Of a DNA stretch of 64,000 nt, positions 19,848 to 30,711 are shown piece after piece. How positions within the stretch are numbered: the stretch's first letter is position 1; every line of letters begins with the position of its first letter. The position numbers and the translations under genes were made by a program. This stretch comes from an uncultured Candidatus Rokubacteria bacterium (GTDB taxonomy: Bacteria; Methylomirabilota; Methylomirabilia; Rokubacteriales; CSP1-6): positions 128,001-192,000 of the forward strand of contig CAVWFS010000008.1 in NCBI GenBank assembly GCA_963754315.1. The letters are read 5' to 3'. Under the pieces are notes generated by a model, which saw nothing but the letters and a program-made list of their open reading frames with translations, searched no databases and was not told the DNA's origin.

Positions 19848-20462
19848 TCAGATGCCGAGAGGAAAGCCGCAGAGGCCGCGCACCGTGATGGCCTCACCCA
19901 GATGCAGCGCATTGTGGCGGAGGGCGCCGCCGGCAAGGCGAGCGGCCCGCGACTGATCCTGCCAGGATCTGTATCCGCTCCCCTCGACCCAAGCCGTGTT
20001 CGACCTGAAGGCCCCTGCCTTGGCGGCACGCGCGGTATCGGCGATGCCGACGATCTCCTCCCAGGCCGCCGGTTTCAAGGTTCTGACGATCTCCTGCGTG
20101 CGGCGGCCGACGGCATCGCGATACGCGCGTAGAGCGGCGATGTCGACACGGGCGGTGAGCTCCGCAACCTCGCCATCGGGCATTCCGGTGCCGATGATGG
20201 GCCAGGGGGCGTTGAGCCGCTGGCCCCAGTCCTCGTCCCAAACCTGACGACCATCTGCCACCACCAGGTTCACCGAGACATCCTCGGTCCGGGCCATGTG
20301 CCAGAGGAGCCACACCAGCGAGTTGAGGCCCGGGTTAGGCCGCGTCCGCATCTGATCTGTAGTCAATCCTGCGAAGACACGGTCGGCGTACGTTTCGCTC
20401 CCGGCCACGGCCGCGGAATGCAGATCACCATGCTGGACGAGAAAGAAGCTCACCACATCCAT
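19848..20462 (-). CDS. DinB family protein
   Basis: NSLVWLLWHMARTED...HNALHLGE His pattern. Start placed at ATG 20462. Confidence 0.8.
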   Translation of the reverse strand: MDVVSFFLVQHGDLHSAAVAGSETYADRVFAGLTTDQMRTRPNPGLNSLVWLLWHMARTEDVSVNLVVADGRQVWDEDWGQRLNAPWPIIGTGMPDGEVAELTARVDIAALRAYRDAVGRRTQEIVRTLKPAAWEEIVGIADTARAAKAGAFRSNTAWVEGSGYRSWQDQSRAARLAGGALRHNALHLGEAITVRGLCGFPLGI

Positions 20463-20615
20463 CGCTCTCCTGATGGTAGCCCGCCGCGCGGCCAGCCCAC
20501 AAATCCTTGCCCTTGTTCGGAGAACAGGGTAGAAAGGGGGCCTCTCGCTCGGATGCCGATCGCACCTGAAGATATACGGCAGGGCCAGGCTGGAGGTTAC
20601 TCCCAGGAGGGACGG

Positions 20616-21068
20616 ATGATACGGCTCAAGCGAATCGGCCATGTCCTGTTGCGCGCCTCCGACGTGGAGCGCTCGCGGACGTTTTACTCCACGATCCTCG
20701 GGTTCGAGGTGGTGGAGCAAGACCCCGAGCACGGCGGGATCTTCATGGCCCTTCCAGGTCAAGGTCACACCCTGGATATCTTCCAGGCCGACGCCGCCTC
20801 CGCTCAGCGCTCGACACCGGGCGGGGTGGGTGTCCACCACGTCGCGTTTCAGGTCGATAGCGACCAGGCCCTGACGGACGCGTATTTCAGCTTGCTCGAG
20901 CATGGGGTGAAGGTCACGCGGGCCGTGGATCATGTGAGCCAGAAGAGCATCTACTTCCACGACCCCGACGACAACTTGCTCGAGATCTACTATGAGCTGC
21001 CGAATGCGCCCGAGTTGTTCCGGCAGGGTCGCGGCGATCGAGACACGCCGCTCGTCTTCGAGCGATAG
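20616..21068 (+). CDS. VOC / glyoxalase family protein
   Basis: IGHVLL...FYSTILGF...HHVAF...SIYFHDPDDNLLE; GGAGG upstream. Confidence 0.9.
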   Translation: MIRLKRIGHVLLRASDVERSRTFYSTILGFEVVEQDPEHGGIFMALPGQGHTLDIFQADAASAQRSTPGGVGVHHVAFQVDSDQALTDAYFSLLEHGVKVTRAVDHVSQKSIYFHDPDDNLLEIYYELPNAPELFRQGRGDRDTPLVFER

Positions 21069-21107
21069 CCCAGAAGATTCGTCGGCCACGCCTCGACCGG
21101 GTGACTG

Positions 21108-22244
21108 ATGAGGTTGATCTACCGGCGCCGAGGTCTGACCCTGCGCCGGGCGTCCGGCCTCCCCGATCCGCTGGTGAAGGCGCTGCAGCGTGACCTTCGA
21201 TCGCTCGGCTATCTCCGAACCGGGATCGATGGATGGTTCGGGCCCGTCACGGAACGGGGGGTGCGGGCCCTGCAATTCGACCTGCTCTACGCCGGACACC
21301 ACGGCAAGGATGGTGATGCGCCGGTGGCCGTCCGCACTTTCAACCGCGGGCGAGTCGCCGCCGTGACCGGTGTCGTCGGCGAGCGCCTGGCTGCCTGCAT
21401 CGAGGACATGCTGACTGATAACCGGGTGGTGACCTTGCCGCGCTCCGACGATCCCGGTACGGCCAACCGCGAAGCCCTCGCGCGCATCAAGGAACTGGAG
21501 GGCCTACCAGTCCCACGGCCATTCTTGCTCGCCGTTCTGGCGCAGGAGAGCGCCCTCCAGCACTTTCGGACGCCCACCCTCACCGATGCCGACGACTTCA
21601 TCGTTGTCGGCCTCGACCGCAACGATACCGGCCGGCCCGACCACATCACCTCCCGGGGATTCGGGATGGGGCAGTACACGCTCTTCCACCACCCACCCCG
21701 CGCAGGCGAGGTTGCGAGCCTGATGCTCAATCCCGTCCGAAATGTTCAGCGGACGATCTTCGAGCTCGAGGACAAGTTTCACCACTTTGTCGTTGGATCG
21801 ACGTCGGGAACGCAGGCTGACGATCGGCTCAGCGAGATCGGATGGGGAGCGCTGCGGGCCTGCCGGTACAGTCAGTCCGACCCGAGGTATCTGACCGATT
21901 GCGCACGCTGCGCAGCCGAGCGGCTGGTGAACATCGGCCCGAGCACGCCACTGCACCCCGGAACAACCGCGACCTTGCACCCGACCCCATACCACCCCGA
22001 GACCGCATACTCGGGGGTGCCGGATCGTTCACGCTTCGGCTGCGATTGGCCGTATGCCGTCCGGCGCTATAACGGCTCCGGGGTCAACTCCTACCACTAC
22101 CAGTATCAAGTCTTACAGATGCTCAGGCGGCCACGCAGATCGTCACCGGTCGAAGATGATCCGGCCGCCCCCGCGCGCCGGACCGGGCCCGGGACCACGG
22201 GGCGTCATCCCCGGAGGCATGGCGGCAGGTACGACAAGGCGTGA
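21108..22244 (+). CDS. Peptidoglycan-binding domain plus lytic-transglycosylase-like protein
   Basis: VKALQRDLRSLGY...IDGWFGPVTERGVRALQ (PG_binding_1), then AVLAQES, GMGQ and RYNGSG (SLT-like motifs). Confidence 0.7.
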   Translation: MRLIYRRRGLTLRRASGLPDPLVKALQRDLRSLGYLRTGIDGWFGPVTERGVRALQFDLLYAGHHGKDGDAPVAVRTFNRGRVAAVTGVVGERLAACIEDMLTDNRVVTLPRSDDPGTANREALARIKELEGLPVPRPFLLAVLAQESALQHFRTPTLTDADDFIVVGLDRNDTGRPDHITSRGFGMGQYTLFHHPPRAGEVASLMLNPVRNVQRTIFELEDKFHHFVVGSTSGTQADDRLSEIGWGALRACRYSQSDPRYLTDCARCAAERLVNIGPSTPLHPGTTATLHPTPYHPETAYSGVPDRSRFGCDWPYAVRRYNGSGVNSYHYQYQVLQMLRRPRRSSPVEDDPAAPARRTGPGTTGRHPRRHGGRYDKA

Positions 22245-22565
22245 CTCTTCGGCCCGCATGGCCTCCTGCGCGCGGTCGTTGAGACGCTCCACGGCGACCT
22301 TGACACCATCGGGAAATCGGCGGAAGGCCTCCTCCAAGGTCTGGGCCTCGAGCGCGAACTGCAGTGGGATGGGCCCTACCTGGGTCATCAGGGACGTCTC
22401 CCCCATGTAGACTGCGGGGCGAGAAAGGTCCGGCGAGCCGTCGGGGGTTACTGGAGTGAGCCTCCGCACCGTGGCGGCGCCTAGGTCGGTAAAGGTCTCC
22501 TCCCGGTAGAGGCCTTGCAGGTCGACTTTCAGGTCCAGGATGTTTTGGGGATCCTCGGTTGCCAC
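22143..22565 (-). CDS. Conserved hypothetical cytoplasmic protein
   Basis: Protein-like ORF (LYREETFTDL..ATVRRLTPVTPDGSPD...); GGAGG upstream of GTG 22565. Confidence 0.75.
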   Translation of the reverse strand: MATEDPQNILDLKVDLQGLYREETFTDLGAATVRRLTPVTPDGSPDLSRPAVYMGETSLMTQVGPIPLQFALEAQTLEEAFRRFPDGVKVAVERLNDRAQEAMRAEESRLVVPAAMPPGMTPRGPGPGPARGGGRIIFDR

Positions 22566-22612
22566 AGGTGTCCTCCGTGTAGACGGGCTCCCGAACACGA
22601 TATCAGAAGTCT

Positions 22613-22729
22613 GGGCTTGGGGGGCCCTTTCGAGGCCCAACAGCTAGCGCGAAACCGAGGGGCGGCACGGGTTTCCCGGGCCGCTCCGAGCGCATGGGGG
22701 GCTTGGGGGGCCCTTTCGAGGCCCCCCAT
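22613..22729. repeat. About 1.4 copies (86-nt period) of the same two-hairpin element family
   Basis: GGGCTTGGGGGGCCCTTTCGAGGCCC at 22613 and 22699, flanking ACCGAGGGGCGGCACGGGTTTCCCGGGCCGCTCCGAGCGC. Confidence 0.9.
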
Positions 22730-22842
22730 GTTCTTGACGGCTGGGAGTGGGCGGGGCAGGATCGGCCGATGGGTGATGGCCGGGATCGCCAGGCACAATC
22801 GGGGCGCACGCTGCTGTCCACGTCGACGGCGAGCCCGTCGCC

Positions 22843-23991
22843 GTGATCCGGGACGAGCTACTCCACCGGGCTGTCAGGCTGGTGCCGATTCTCAAGGAAC
22901 GAGCGGCTCGGGCCGAGCAACTGCGGCAGATTCCTCCAGAAACGGTTTGCGATCTCCTGTCGTCGGGTCTCATCCGCATCGGCAACCCGCGTCGATATGG
23001 CGGCCACGATGTCGAGGTGGATGCGGCCTACGATGTCGGCTGGGAATTGGGGCGTGGGTGCGGTTCGACAGGTTGGTGCTACTCCCTGTGGACGATTCAC
23101 AACTGGTGGCTCGGTCATTTTCCCGAAAAGGCCCAGGAGGAATTCTTCGGGGGCGGACCCGACACCTTGTTTTCGAGTGGCCTCAATCCGGCTGGCGGGA
23201 AGGCGGAGTCAGTGGGTGACGGGTTTCGCGTCTCCGGTCGATGGGGCTTTTCGAGCGGCTGCGACGCGGCCAGCTGGGTGATGGTGGCTGTCTCCGGGCC
23301 GAAGCCTGGCGGCATGACCTGGCTTCTGCTCCCGCGCTCCGACTACGCGATTCGCGACACGTGGTTCGCGTCCGGCATGCGGGGGACCGGCAGCAAGGAC
23401 ATCGAGATCCATAATGCCTTCGTTCCCGCCCACCGCGCCATGGATCCCGACCGCGCTGGCAATGACGACTGGACCGGATGGGAGCTCCACGGCCGCCTCA
23501 GCTACCGGGTGCCTCTCAGGTGCTTGATAGGGTGGGATCTGGCGGCCCCCCTGATCGGCATCGCCCAGGGCGCCATCGATGAGTTCACATCTCGCTTGAG
23601 CGGAACATCAGGCCCGGGGAGGACCGCTGATTCCGTGGCGGTTCACCTGCGGCTGGCCGAAGCATCGGCCGCGGTGGACGCCGCCCGAGCGCTACACCGC
23701 TACGACATCCGAGAGATGCTCGACAGGGCGGCCCACGGGGCGCCGTTCTCGGAGATGGATCGCGTTCGCTACCGCCGGGACAAGGCCTACGTCGCCAAAC
23801 TCTGTATCGAGGCCGTCAACCGCCTGTTCGAGGCCAGTGGTGCCCACGCCGTGCTGGAGTCAGACCCGATCCAGCGCTTCCATCGCGATGCTCATGGCGC
23901 CTCCCACCACGCGGCGCTCACCTGGGATGCCGTCGCCGAGCAGTTCGGACGTCAGGCGCTGAGCCCCCCGAGCCCTGGCTCGACCGCCTGA
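22843..23991 (+). CDS. Acyl-CoA dehydrogenase-fold flavin-dependent monooxygenase (HsaA-like)
   Basis: RYGG, GCGSTGW, SGRWGFSSGCD, DTW..SGMRGTGSKD and IQRFHRD motifs. Confidence 0.88.
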   Translation: MIRDELLHRAVRLVPILKERAARAEQLRQIPPETVCDLLSSGLIRIGNPRRYGGHDVEVDAAYDVGWELGRGCGSTGWCYSLWTIHNWWLGHFPEKAQEEFFGGGPDTLFSSGLNPAGGKAESVGDGFRVSGRWGFSSGCDAASWVMVAVSGPKPGGMTWLLLPRSDYAIRDTWFASGMRGTGSKDIEIHNAFVPAHRAMDPDRAGNDDWTGWELHGRLSYRVPLRCLIGWDLAAPLIGIAQGAIDEFTSRLSGTSGPGRTADSVAVHLRLAEASAAVDAARALHRYDIREMLDRAAHGAPFSEMDRVRYRRDKAYVAKLCIEAVNRLFEASGAHAVLESDPIQRFHRDAHGASHHAALTWDAVAEQFGRQALSPPSPGSTA

Positions 23992-23992
23992 A

Positions 23993-24974
23993 CTACAAAC
24001 TCTTGAGGAAGGCGAGCATCGCGGCATTGACCTCCGCCGGGCGCTCCTGCTGTGTCCAGTGACCACAGCCGGGGAGCATGAGCGTCCGCGACAGCTGGGG
24101 AACGAACTTCGAAAGATTGGGGATGAGCTGGTCCATGCCGCGGAACGCCACCACGAGATCGCGATCACCGGCGACGTAGAGGGCGGGCACGCTGACGCGT
24201 GACCCCGCGAACGGCGCCAGCAGCTCCCAGTTGCGGTCGATGTTGCGATACCAGTTCAGCCCGCCGCCGAAGCCCGTTCGCGTGAACTGCGCGGTATAGA
24301 AGTCCAGGTCTGCCGCGCTGAGCCAGGCGGGCAGGTGGCTCGGCTCCACCATGCTGGTCAGAAAACCGCCACGACGCGGTACCATGCCGACCGCGCCGGG
24401 ATCGGAGATGGTGGAGTCACGGTGGGGGACATCTCCGGACGCGGAGTAGAGGAGACGCCGGAGGGAGAGCCGAACATCGCGCTCGAGCTCGGACTCAGCC
24501 ACGCCCGGCTCCTGGAAGTACAGCTGATAAAACTAGGGCGTCGTCTGTTTGCGGCATGACGGTGGTCGGGCGGACCGTCCCTCGAGGCCGGTACGGCACG
24601 CTCAGACCAATCACTGCTCGGAAACGGTCAGGACGCAGCAACGCCGCGTGCCACGCCACGGGCGCCCCCCAGTCATGGCCGACGATCACGGCTGACTCCG
24701 CGCCAAGAGCATCGACGAGGCCCACCATGTCACCTACCAGGTGCAAGAGGGTGTACTGGTCGATGGCCCCGGGCCGGTCGGTCTCACCGTAGCCCCGCAT
24801 GTCGGGGGCGACCGCGCGAAAGCCAGCCTCGGCGAGGGCCCGCAGCTGATGGCGCCAGGAGTACCAGGACTCTGGGAAGCCATGGCAGAGCACGACCAAC
24901 GGGCCTGTGCCCTGCTCGGCGACGTGCATTCGAATGCCGTTCGTCTCCACGGTCCGGTGCTGGATGTTGGTCAT
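23993..24974 (-). pseudogene. Epoxide hydrolase family alpha/beta hydrolase, split by a +1 indel near 24534
   Basis: HGFPESW, GHDWGA and GHWTQQE motifs; removing one base restores FYQLYFQEPGVAE. Confidence 0.88.
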
Positions 24975-24984
24975 CACGTGCTCC

Positions 24985-25266
24985 TCAAGCCCTGCCTTGC
25001 GCATCGTCACCCTGAGCGATATCGCGCGGCCTTGAGCGCAACAGAGCCAACGCGTCTGCCGCTTGCTGGTCGATGCTGAATGGCCCCGAGTGGGGGTCGC
25101 TGCCAGCAAATCCTCGGCGGTGATACCGGATGAGCTGGTAACGGTCCACGAGGAGTGCCTCACGAGTGAGTGGGAGAAACGAGTCCGCCACGTGACTCCC
25201 ATGAATGAGCAGCACTGGCTCGCCCTCACCGTGAAGCTCGTATTCCATGCCCTCGGCTTTTCGCAT
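24985..25266 (-). pseudogene. Truncated N-terminal fragment of an alpha/beta hydrolase
   Basis: GEGEPVLLIHG...IRYHRRGFAGS...DALALLR, then ends before the nucleophile elbow; strong GAGGAG upstream. Confidence 0.65.
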
Positions 25267-25813
25267 CTTCTCCTCCTCCTCGGCGTCCAACATCCGGTCG
25301 ACCGATCAGCCGAGCCCTGCGGCTTTTGCGACATTGGCAGCGTAGCACCGGAACCTCCGGCTGCGGCCTCCCGAATCGGCATGGCATCGCCTCCTGTTCT
25401 GACCCGCTGGCATCCCTGATGCACGCCCTAGAAAAGAATCCCGGAACACGGCGACCGTGGTTGACGCGCGGGAATCAGCTGGCGTAGGATCCAATCGCGA
25501 ACGTCTTCATCTGAATGGAGCAGAGGTGCGCACGCGACCAGTTCCTTGCGAGATAGGAGGTACACATTCGCCACGGAGGCGGAGTCATAGACCGTAGCCG
25601 TCGAAAATCGAGGATCAGCACTCCTACATGAATTCGACGGAGGCGGCCGGCAACGGCCAGTGAGCGCGGCCATCCTGTAGCCAGAGAGATAGGGGACGTC
25701 ACCACGCGCCGTAAGTAGACAATAGGATACATGACCTTCATGGAAGGTGGCAAGGCGGAAGGGACTATTCTCCGATCCGCAGCGCGACTTCCCGTCAGGC
25801 GAGGAGGACAGCC

Positions 25814-26119
25814 ATGGTGATCCGGATTACCTGGGGAAAGCTCCAGTCGGGAGCCTGGAATGACTTCGAGCGCACGTATCGAGCCAACGTCGTCGCCAAG
25901 GGCAAGAACATCAAGGGACTGCGTGGTCGCTGGCTCGCCCAGGATGCGGGCGACAAGGATACCGGATTTGCCGTGAGCCTGTGGGACAACATGGCGGACA
26001 TGCAGGCCTATGAGGGCAGCGCGCTGTACCGGGAGATCGTGGGGCCACTGCAGCCCTTCTTCGTGGGTGAGTACAAGACCTATCGCTGCGAGGTGAAATA
26101 CGCCGACGGCGGAGCGTAG
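25814..26119 (+). CDS. Antibiotic biosynthesis monooxygenase (ABM) / dimeric alpha-beta barrel protein
   Basis: 101 aa with GLRGRWL...VSLWD pattern; GAGGAGG upstream. Confidence 0.75.
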   Translation: MVIRITWGKLQSGAWNDFERTYRANVVAKGKNIKGLRGRWLAQDAGDKDTGFAVSLWDNMADMQAYEGSALYREIVGPLQPFFVGEYKTYRCEVKYADGGA

Positions 26120-26182
26120 CGACCTGGCCGCCGCGCGCCGCGCGGCGGCCAGCCCTTCGGCATAGGCTGACGTTCGAGGACG

Positions 26183-29100
26183 ATGGCGGCCGAAGACCTG
26201 GCCCAGCGAGCTGTGGAGCTGGCCGAGGCGCTGCTGCACGAGGCGCGCGCCCAGCAGACGACCGAGGAGCGCGCCCAGGCCCGGAAGCTTGCTCGCATGA
26301 TCGCCGACCCCGAGGGCAAGGAGCTCACCATCGCCCTGGCCGATCAGGCCTTCCGGAGCCGGCGCCCGGCGCGCATCGCCGATCAGCTCGGCTATCTCCT
26401 GGAACGGTACGGCGTTCCCCAGTACATGGACTGGTGGGAGCGGGTCGCGCTTCTCCTGGGCGGGGCCATGGCGCACTATCTGCCCAGCCTGGTCGTTCCG
26501 CCTATCGTCAGCCGCCTGCGCCAAGAGACCCAGAATGTCATCCTGCCCGGAGAGGAGGAGGACCTTCGCCGCTATCTCGCCGAGCGGCGACGGGCAGGCA
26601 CCCGCCTCAATCTGAACCAACTCGGTGAGGCGATTCTGGGTGAAGGGGAGGCGGCGCGCCGCCTCGAGGCGTACTTGGCCCTGCTCGCCCGGGATGATGT
26701 CGAGTACATCTCGGTGAAGATCTCGTCGATCTTCAGTCAGATTGAGCTCGTCGCCTTTACCCTGACCATCGCGCGCGTGGCGGAACGGCTCCGTGCACTT
26801 TACCGAGCGGCCTTGCGCCACGAATACCGCCATCCCGACGGACGGATCACGCCGAAGTTCATCAACCTCGACATGGAGGAGTATCGCGATCTCGCGCTCA
26901 CGGTGGTGGCCTTCCGCCAGGTGCTCGACGAGCGCGAGTTTCTGACCCTCAACGCGGGCCTCGTGCTCCAGGCATATCTACCCGACTCCTACCAGGTGCA
27001 GCGGGAACTCACCGCCTGGGCCCGCGAGCGCTGCGCCCGTGGCGGGGCGCCGATCAAGGTGCGGATCGTCAAGGGAGCGAACCTCGGCATGGAGCGCATC
27101 GAGGCAGCGCTGCACGGCTGGCCCCAGGCTCCCTTCGAGCGCAAAGTCGAGGTGGACGCCAACTACAAGCGCATGGTCGAGTACGGCTGCCGGCCAGAGC
27201 ACGCACGCGCCGTTCGCCTCGGCATCGCCAGTCACAATCTCTTCGACATCGCGTACGGCCTCCTCCTGCGTCAAGCGCACGGCGTCGAGTCCTGGGTCGA
27301 GTTCGAGATGCTGGAAGGCATGGCCAACCATCAGGCGCGGGCGGTCCAGGCGCGGGCCGGTGGCCTCCTCCTCTACGCCCCTGTCGTGAAAGCCGAGGAT
27401 TTTCCGAGCGCCATTGCCTATCTCGTCCGCAGGCTCGACGAGAACACGGCGCCTGAGAATTTCCTTCGCCACGTGTTCGACCTGGAGCCGGGGTCGCCCG
27501 AGTGGGCGGCCGAGCGGGACCGCTTCCTGATGGCCTTCCGTCTCGAGTCAGAGGGCTATCTGGCTCGCCACGCCGCACCCAGGACCGGAGCATCGAAGCG
27601 GGCGCCTCCACATCGAGCCGCACGGTGGGTGTGCGTTTTGAAAACGAGCCGGACACCGACTGGACGCTCGCGGCCAACCGTGCCTGGATCGAAAGGTCCT
27701 ACGTCGCTGGCAGGGCCGATCGCCCGAGTCGATTCCCCTCCCCGTGCGGGCGTTGGAGGAACATGGCCAGGCCACGCCTCCCCAGGGTGACGGGCACGAT
27801 CCCTCACGGCCGAGATACATCGCCTATCGCTATGCTCTCGCCGATGAGGACGATGTCGATCGTACCCTCGATGTTGCTCGGACGGCAGTCGGAGTCTGGG
27901 CCGCCCGCCCTGCCACCGAGCGCCGCGCCCTGCTGGACGCGTGCGCCGAGGAGCTCGCTCGGCGACGCGGCGATCTCATAGGCGCCATGGTCCTCGACGG
28001 CGCCAAGACGGTGACGGAGGCCGATCCGGAGGTCTCCGAGGCCATCGACTTCGCTCGTTACTATCCACGGACGCTGCTCGAGGCTGCTGATGAGCTTGCC
28101 GGCTGCCGCGCGGTGCCGCTTGGGGTGGTGGTCGTCACCCCGCCCTGGAACTTTCCGCTCGCCATCCCCGCCGGCGGCGTCTTCGCGGCCCTCGCCGCAG
28201 GCAACGCCGTCGTGCTCAAGCCGGCGCCGGAAGCGGTGCTGGTGGCCTGGCAGCTGACCAACTGCTTGTGGAACGCCGGCATTCCGCGCGACGTCCTTCA
28301 ATTTCTGCCGTGTCCCGACAACGAGGTCGGACGGGCGCTCGTCACCGATCCACGGGTTGCCGCCGTGATCCTCACCGGATCGGTGGAGACCGCGCGCCGC
28401 TTTCTGGAGTGGCGCCCGGATCTTCGGCTCTTCGCCGAGACCAGTGGAAAGAACGCCATCATCATCACCGCGCTCGCCGACCGCGATCAGACGATCCGCG
28501 ACCTCGTGCGCTCAGCCTTCGGTCACAACGGTCAGAAGTGCTCGGCGGCGAGCCTGGCTATCTGCGAGGGCGAAGTTTACGATGACCCCGGCTTCCGGCG
28601 CCAGCTTCGGGATGCCGCGGCGAGCCTCAATGTCGGAAGCGCGTGGGACCTGGCCAGCCGGATCACTCCGCTCACCCAGCCGCCCGGGCCTGCCCTCCGC
28701 CGCGCGCTCACAGCCCTGGACGATGGTGAGGAGTGGCTGCTGGAGCCACGGCAGGCGATCGACAACCCGCAGCTCTGGTCGCCTGGAATCAAGCTCGGAG
28801 TGCGCCCCGGGTCATTCTTCCACCTCACCGAATGCTTCGGCCCCGTGCTGGGGCTCATGCGCGCCGAGGATCTCGACGAGGCCATCGGCCTTGCCAATGC
28901 GCAGCCGTTCGGGCTCACCGGCGGGATCCACACCCTCGACGATCGCGAGATCGCCCACTGGCTCGACCGTGTCGACGCAGGGAATCTCTACGTGAACCGC
29001 CATATCACGGGCGCGATCGTGCGTCGACAGCCCTTTGGAGGGTGGAAGGCCTCGTCAGTCGGACCGGGGGCCAAGGCGGGAGGACCCAACTATGTGCTCC

Positions 29101-29800
29101 AGCTCACGCGCTGGCGGCAGGAGACCAGGCTCGGCGTCGGAAGCGAAACTCTCCCGGAGGTGCTGGGGGGCTACTCGACCGGTGTCTGGCCGAGCTGACC
29201 AGCGCCACCGCGCGCGATCTCGTGCGCGCTAGCGCCGCGAGTTACGCCCGTGCCTGGCTCAACCACTTCAACCGCGAGCACGACCCGAGCGCAGTGCTGG
29301 GCGAGCAGAACGTGTTTCGCTACCGCCCCTGCCGCAGGCTCATCGCGCGTGGTTCCATCGACGGCGTGGAGGCCGCGGCGACCCTGTGCCAGGTCGTACT
29401 GGCTGCGCGGATGGCCGGCGTCGCCCTGACGGTGAGCTTGCCGGCTGGCGAGTCTCCGTGGGGCTGGCTGGCAGAACCTGAGCACACAGCGGTGGTGGTG
29501 GAGACTGAGGCCGCCCTTGCCGGGCGCTTGGCTCACGAGGGGGATGCGGATCGCATCCGGGTGTGGGAGGCCGTTTCGACACAACTGCGCGTAGCCGCCC
29601 ATCTCGCGGGGATCGCCGTGATCGACGCGCCCGTCCTCGCCAATGGACGCCTGGAGCTTCGCTGGTACCTGCGCGAACAGGCGATGTCCCGAGTTCTCCA
29701 TCGTTATGGCAGCCTGCTCCACACCTCGTCGCCGAGGCGAGGGATCCTGATCAGCCGTCTAGCGCAGCTGAACGCGGGCCGCCGCGCGCCCGTGCTATAA
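26183..29800 (+). pseudogene. putA: Bifunctional proline dehydrogenase / P5C dehydrogenase, split by at least 3 indels (probably sequencing error)
   Basis: LNLNQLGE, DMEEY, RIVKGA, SHN and YLVRRLDEN; then FENEPD; then PWNFP, AETSGKN, GQKCSA and ECFGP in successive frames. Shifts near 27545, 27700-27745 and 29165. Confidence 0.92.
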
Positions 29801-29851
29801 GACGCATCGCGTCGTGCCTGAGTGTCCCCCATAACAAGGAGAAACACACAT

Positions 29852-30709
29852 ATGAAGTTCGGATTGCACTCGGTCAACTTGCACACCTGCAGCTTTCCTG
29901 ACGCAGTCGCGCGGCTGGGCCGAGCGGCGGAGGCCGCCGGTTTCGAATCCCTCTGGGTCGCCGACCACGTGGTGCTTCCTGATCCGCCGGTGCCCGAGCG
30001 CCCGATGCCACCCGACCAGCGTCTGCTGGACCCAATCGTGGCCCTCACGTACCTTGCCGCCCACACGTCACGCATCCGTCTCGGCACGGGAGTCATCATC
30101 CTGCCGCAGCGTCAGGCCCTCGTGCTGGCCAAGCAGCTCGCATCGCTCGACGTACTCTCGAACGGCCGGCTGATCTTCGGGCTCGGGGTCGGCTGGTGCG
30201 AGCCCGAGATGCGCTCGGTCGGGGCGCCGTTCGCCGAGCGCGGCCGTGTCGCCGACGATTACCTGGCGGCCATGCGCGCGGTCTGGACGCAGCCGAAGCC
30301 CTCGTACCGAGGCCCCTACGTGTCATTCGACGGAATTCAAGCGATGCCCAGACCAGTTCAGACGCCGACGCCGCCCATCGTCGTGGGCGGACGAACGCCG
30401 CCGGCCTTCCGACGCGCGGTAACTCAGGCCCACGGCTGGTATGGATTCGGACTCGACGTGGGCGACACGCAGAAGCTGGTGGGCGCGCTGCACGACGCAG
30501 CGCAACGGCATCCGCGCCCGGCGGAACTCGGCACCCTGGAGATCAGCGTGACTCCTCCAGGCTATGACGTGCCCAACCGCTCGACCCTCGAGGCCTACGC
30601 GACCGCTGGCGTTCACCGTTTGATCCTGAGACCCCGTCCGGACATGGATGCACCAGCCCTGGAGCGGTATGCCGCGGAGACCGGCCGCACCCTGGGTCTC
30701 AAAGGCTGA
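29852..30709 (+). CDS. LLM-class (putative F420-dependent) oxidoreductase
   Basis: GFESLWVADH, LGTGVIILPQR and LGVGW motifs. Confidence 0.9.
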   Translation: MKFGLHSVNLHTCSFPDAVARLGRAAEAAGFESLWVADHVVLPDPPVPERPMPPDQRLLDPIVALTYLAAHTSRIRLGTGVIILPQRQALVLAKQLASLDVLSNGRLIFGLGVGWCEPEMRSVGAPFAERGRVADDYLAAMRAVWTQPKPSYRGPYVSFDGIQAMPRPVQTPTPPIVVGGRTPPAFRRAVTQAHGWYGFGLDVGDTQKLVGALHDAAQRHPRPAELGTLEISVTPPGYDVPNRSTLEAYATAGVHRLILRPRPDMDAPALERYAAETGRTLGLKG

Positions 30710-30711
30710 CA

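Noticed and set aside
26183..29800. Programmed frameshifting or a naturally split putA
   Set aside because: There are several scattered shifts, no slippery heptamer was seen, and the same pattern occurs in unrelated genes, so sequencing error is more parsimonious.
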